DNA of 33,535 nt from a bacterium (lineage in GTDB: Bacteria > Bacillota > Clostridia > Oscillospirales > CAG-272): assembly GCA_963643175.1 (NCBI GenBank), contig CAVIJF010000001.1, positions 226,975 through 260,509 on the forward strand, given 5' to 3'. The notes below the pieces were generated by a model. That model was given only the letters and a program-made list of their open reading frames with translations, ran no database searches and was not told where the DNA came from. The position numbers and the translations under genes were made by a program. Shown here piece after piece: positions 33,487 through 33,535 of this stretch (position 1 is its first letter; every line of letters begins with the position of its first letter).

Positions 33487-33535
33487 ATGAAACAAATCAA
33501 CCTGTTTGCGGAAGAAACCCAACTTGAAAGACTAA
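33487..33535 (+). CDS. Hypothetical protein with only its 5' end in the window (MKQINLFAEETQLERL...)
   Basis: An ATG preceded by AAAGGGCGGGAAAG and by the promoter above. Too short to identify. Confidence 0.35.
   Translation, partial: MKQINLFAEETQLERL

Overview
This window is a high-GC (about 60%) chromosomal segment that looks like a Clostridia / Oscillospiraceae-type Firmicute genome. It is almost entirely coding, mostly on the minus strand. No tRNA, rRNA, CRISPR array or mobile element was recognisable.

The core is a conserved housekeeping cluster on the minus strand: pyrH-frr-uppS-cdsA-dxr-rseP-ispG-polC. polC is followed, with no terminator, by a DUF1643-like gene, a 1117-aa lipoprotein gene and a translationally coupled EEP-family gene.

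Further minus-strand genes are a partial clpE-like Clp ATPase at the left edge, a DUF1385 gene, nagB, a cytoplasmic BNR/Asp-box glycosidase-like gene, a sugar-phosphate isomerase, nrdG, nrdD, a metallophosphoesterase and a two-gene sufC-sufBD operon.

Plus-strand genes are a membrane protein (994-1836) and a three-gene module: an SPFH/Band-7 protein with four tandem zinc ribbons, a double zinc-ribbon membrane protein and a TPM-domain protein. This module resembles B. subtilis ydjI/ydjG/ydjH, but no pspA is adjacent.

The most notable observations are:
- a decayed sporulation-type (SigG/SigF-family) sigma factor pseudogene between nagB and the glycosidase gene;
- an NrdD (class III ribonucleotide reductase) with an in-frame C-terminal glutaredoxin-like CPNC domain;
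- tandem NrdR-box-like sites 31 bp apart over a near-consensus promoter upstream of nrdD;
- a 41-bp perfect palindrome between two divergent consensus extended -10 promoters;
- a palindromic 12-bp tandem repeat at the 3' end of the isomerase gene, next to a 44-bp bidirectional terminator;
- several near-consensus sigma-70 promoters, three of which share a CCGCAA-like spacer motif.

Many long ORFs in the supplied track are antisense shadow ORFs, as expected for high-GC DNA, and were rejected. Coordinates read directly from the sequence lines, rather than derived from ORF-track ends, carry an uncertainty of about 1-2 nt.
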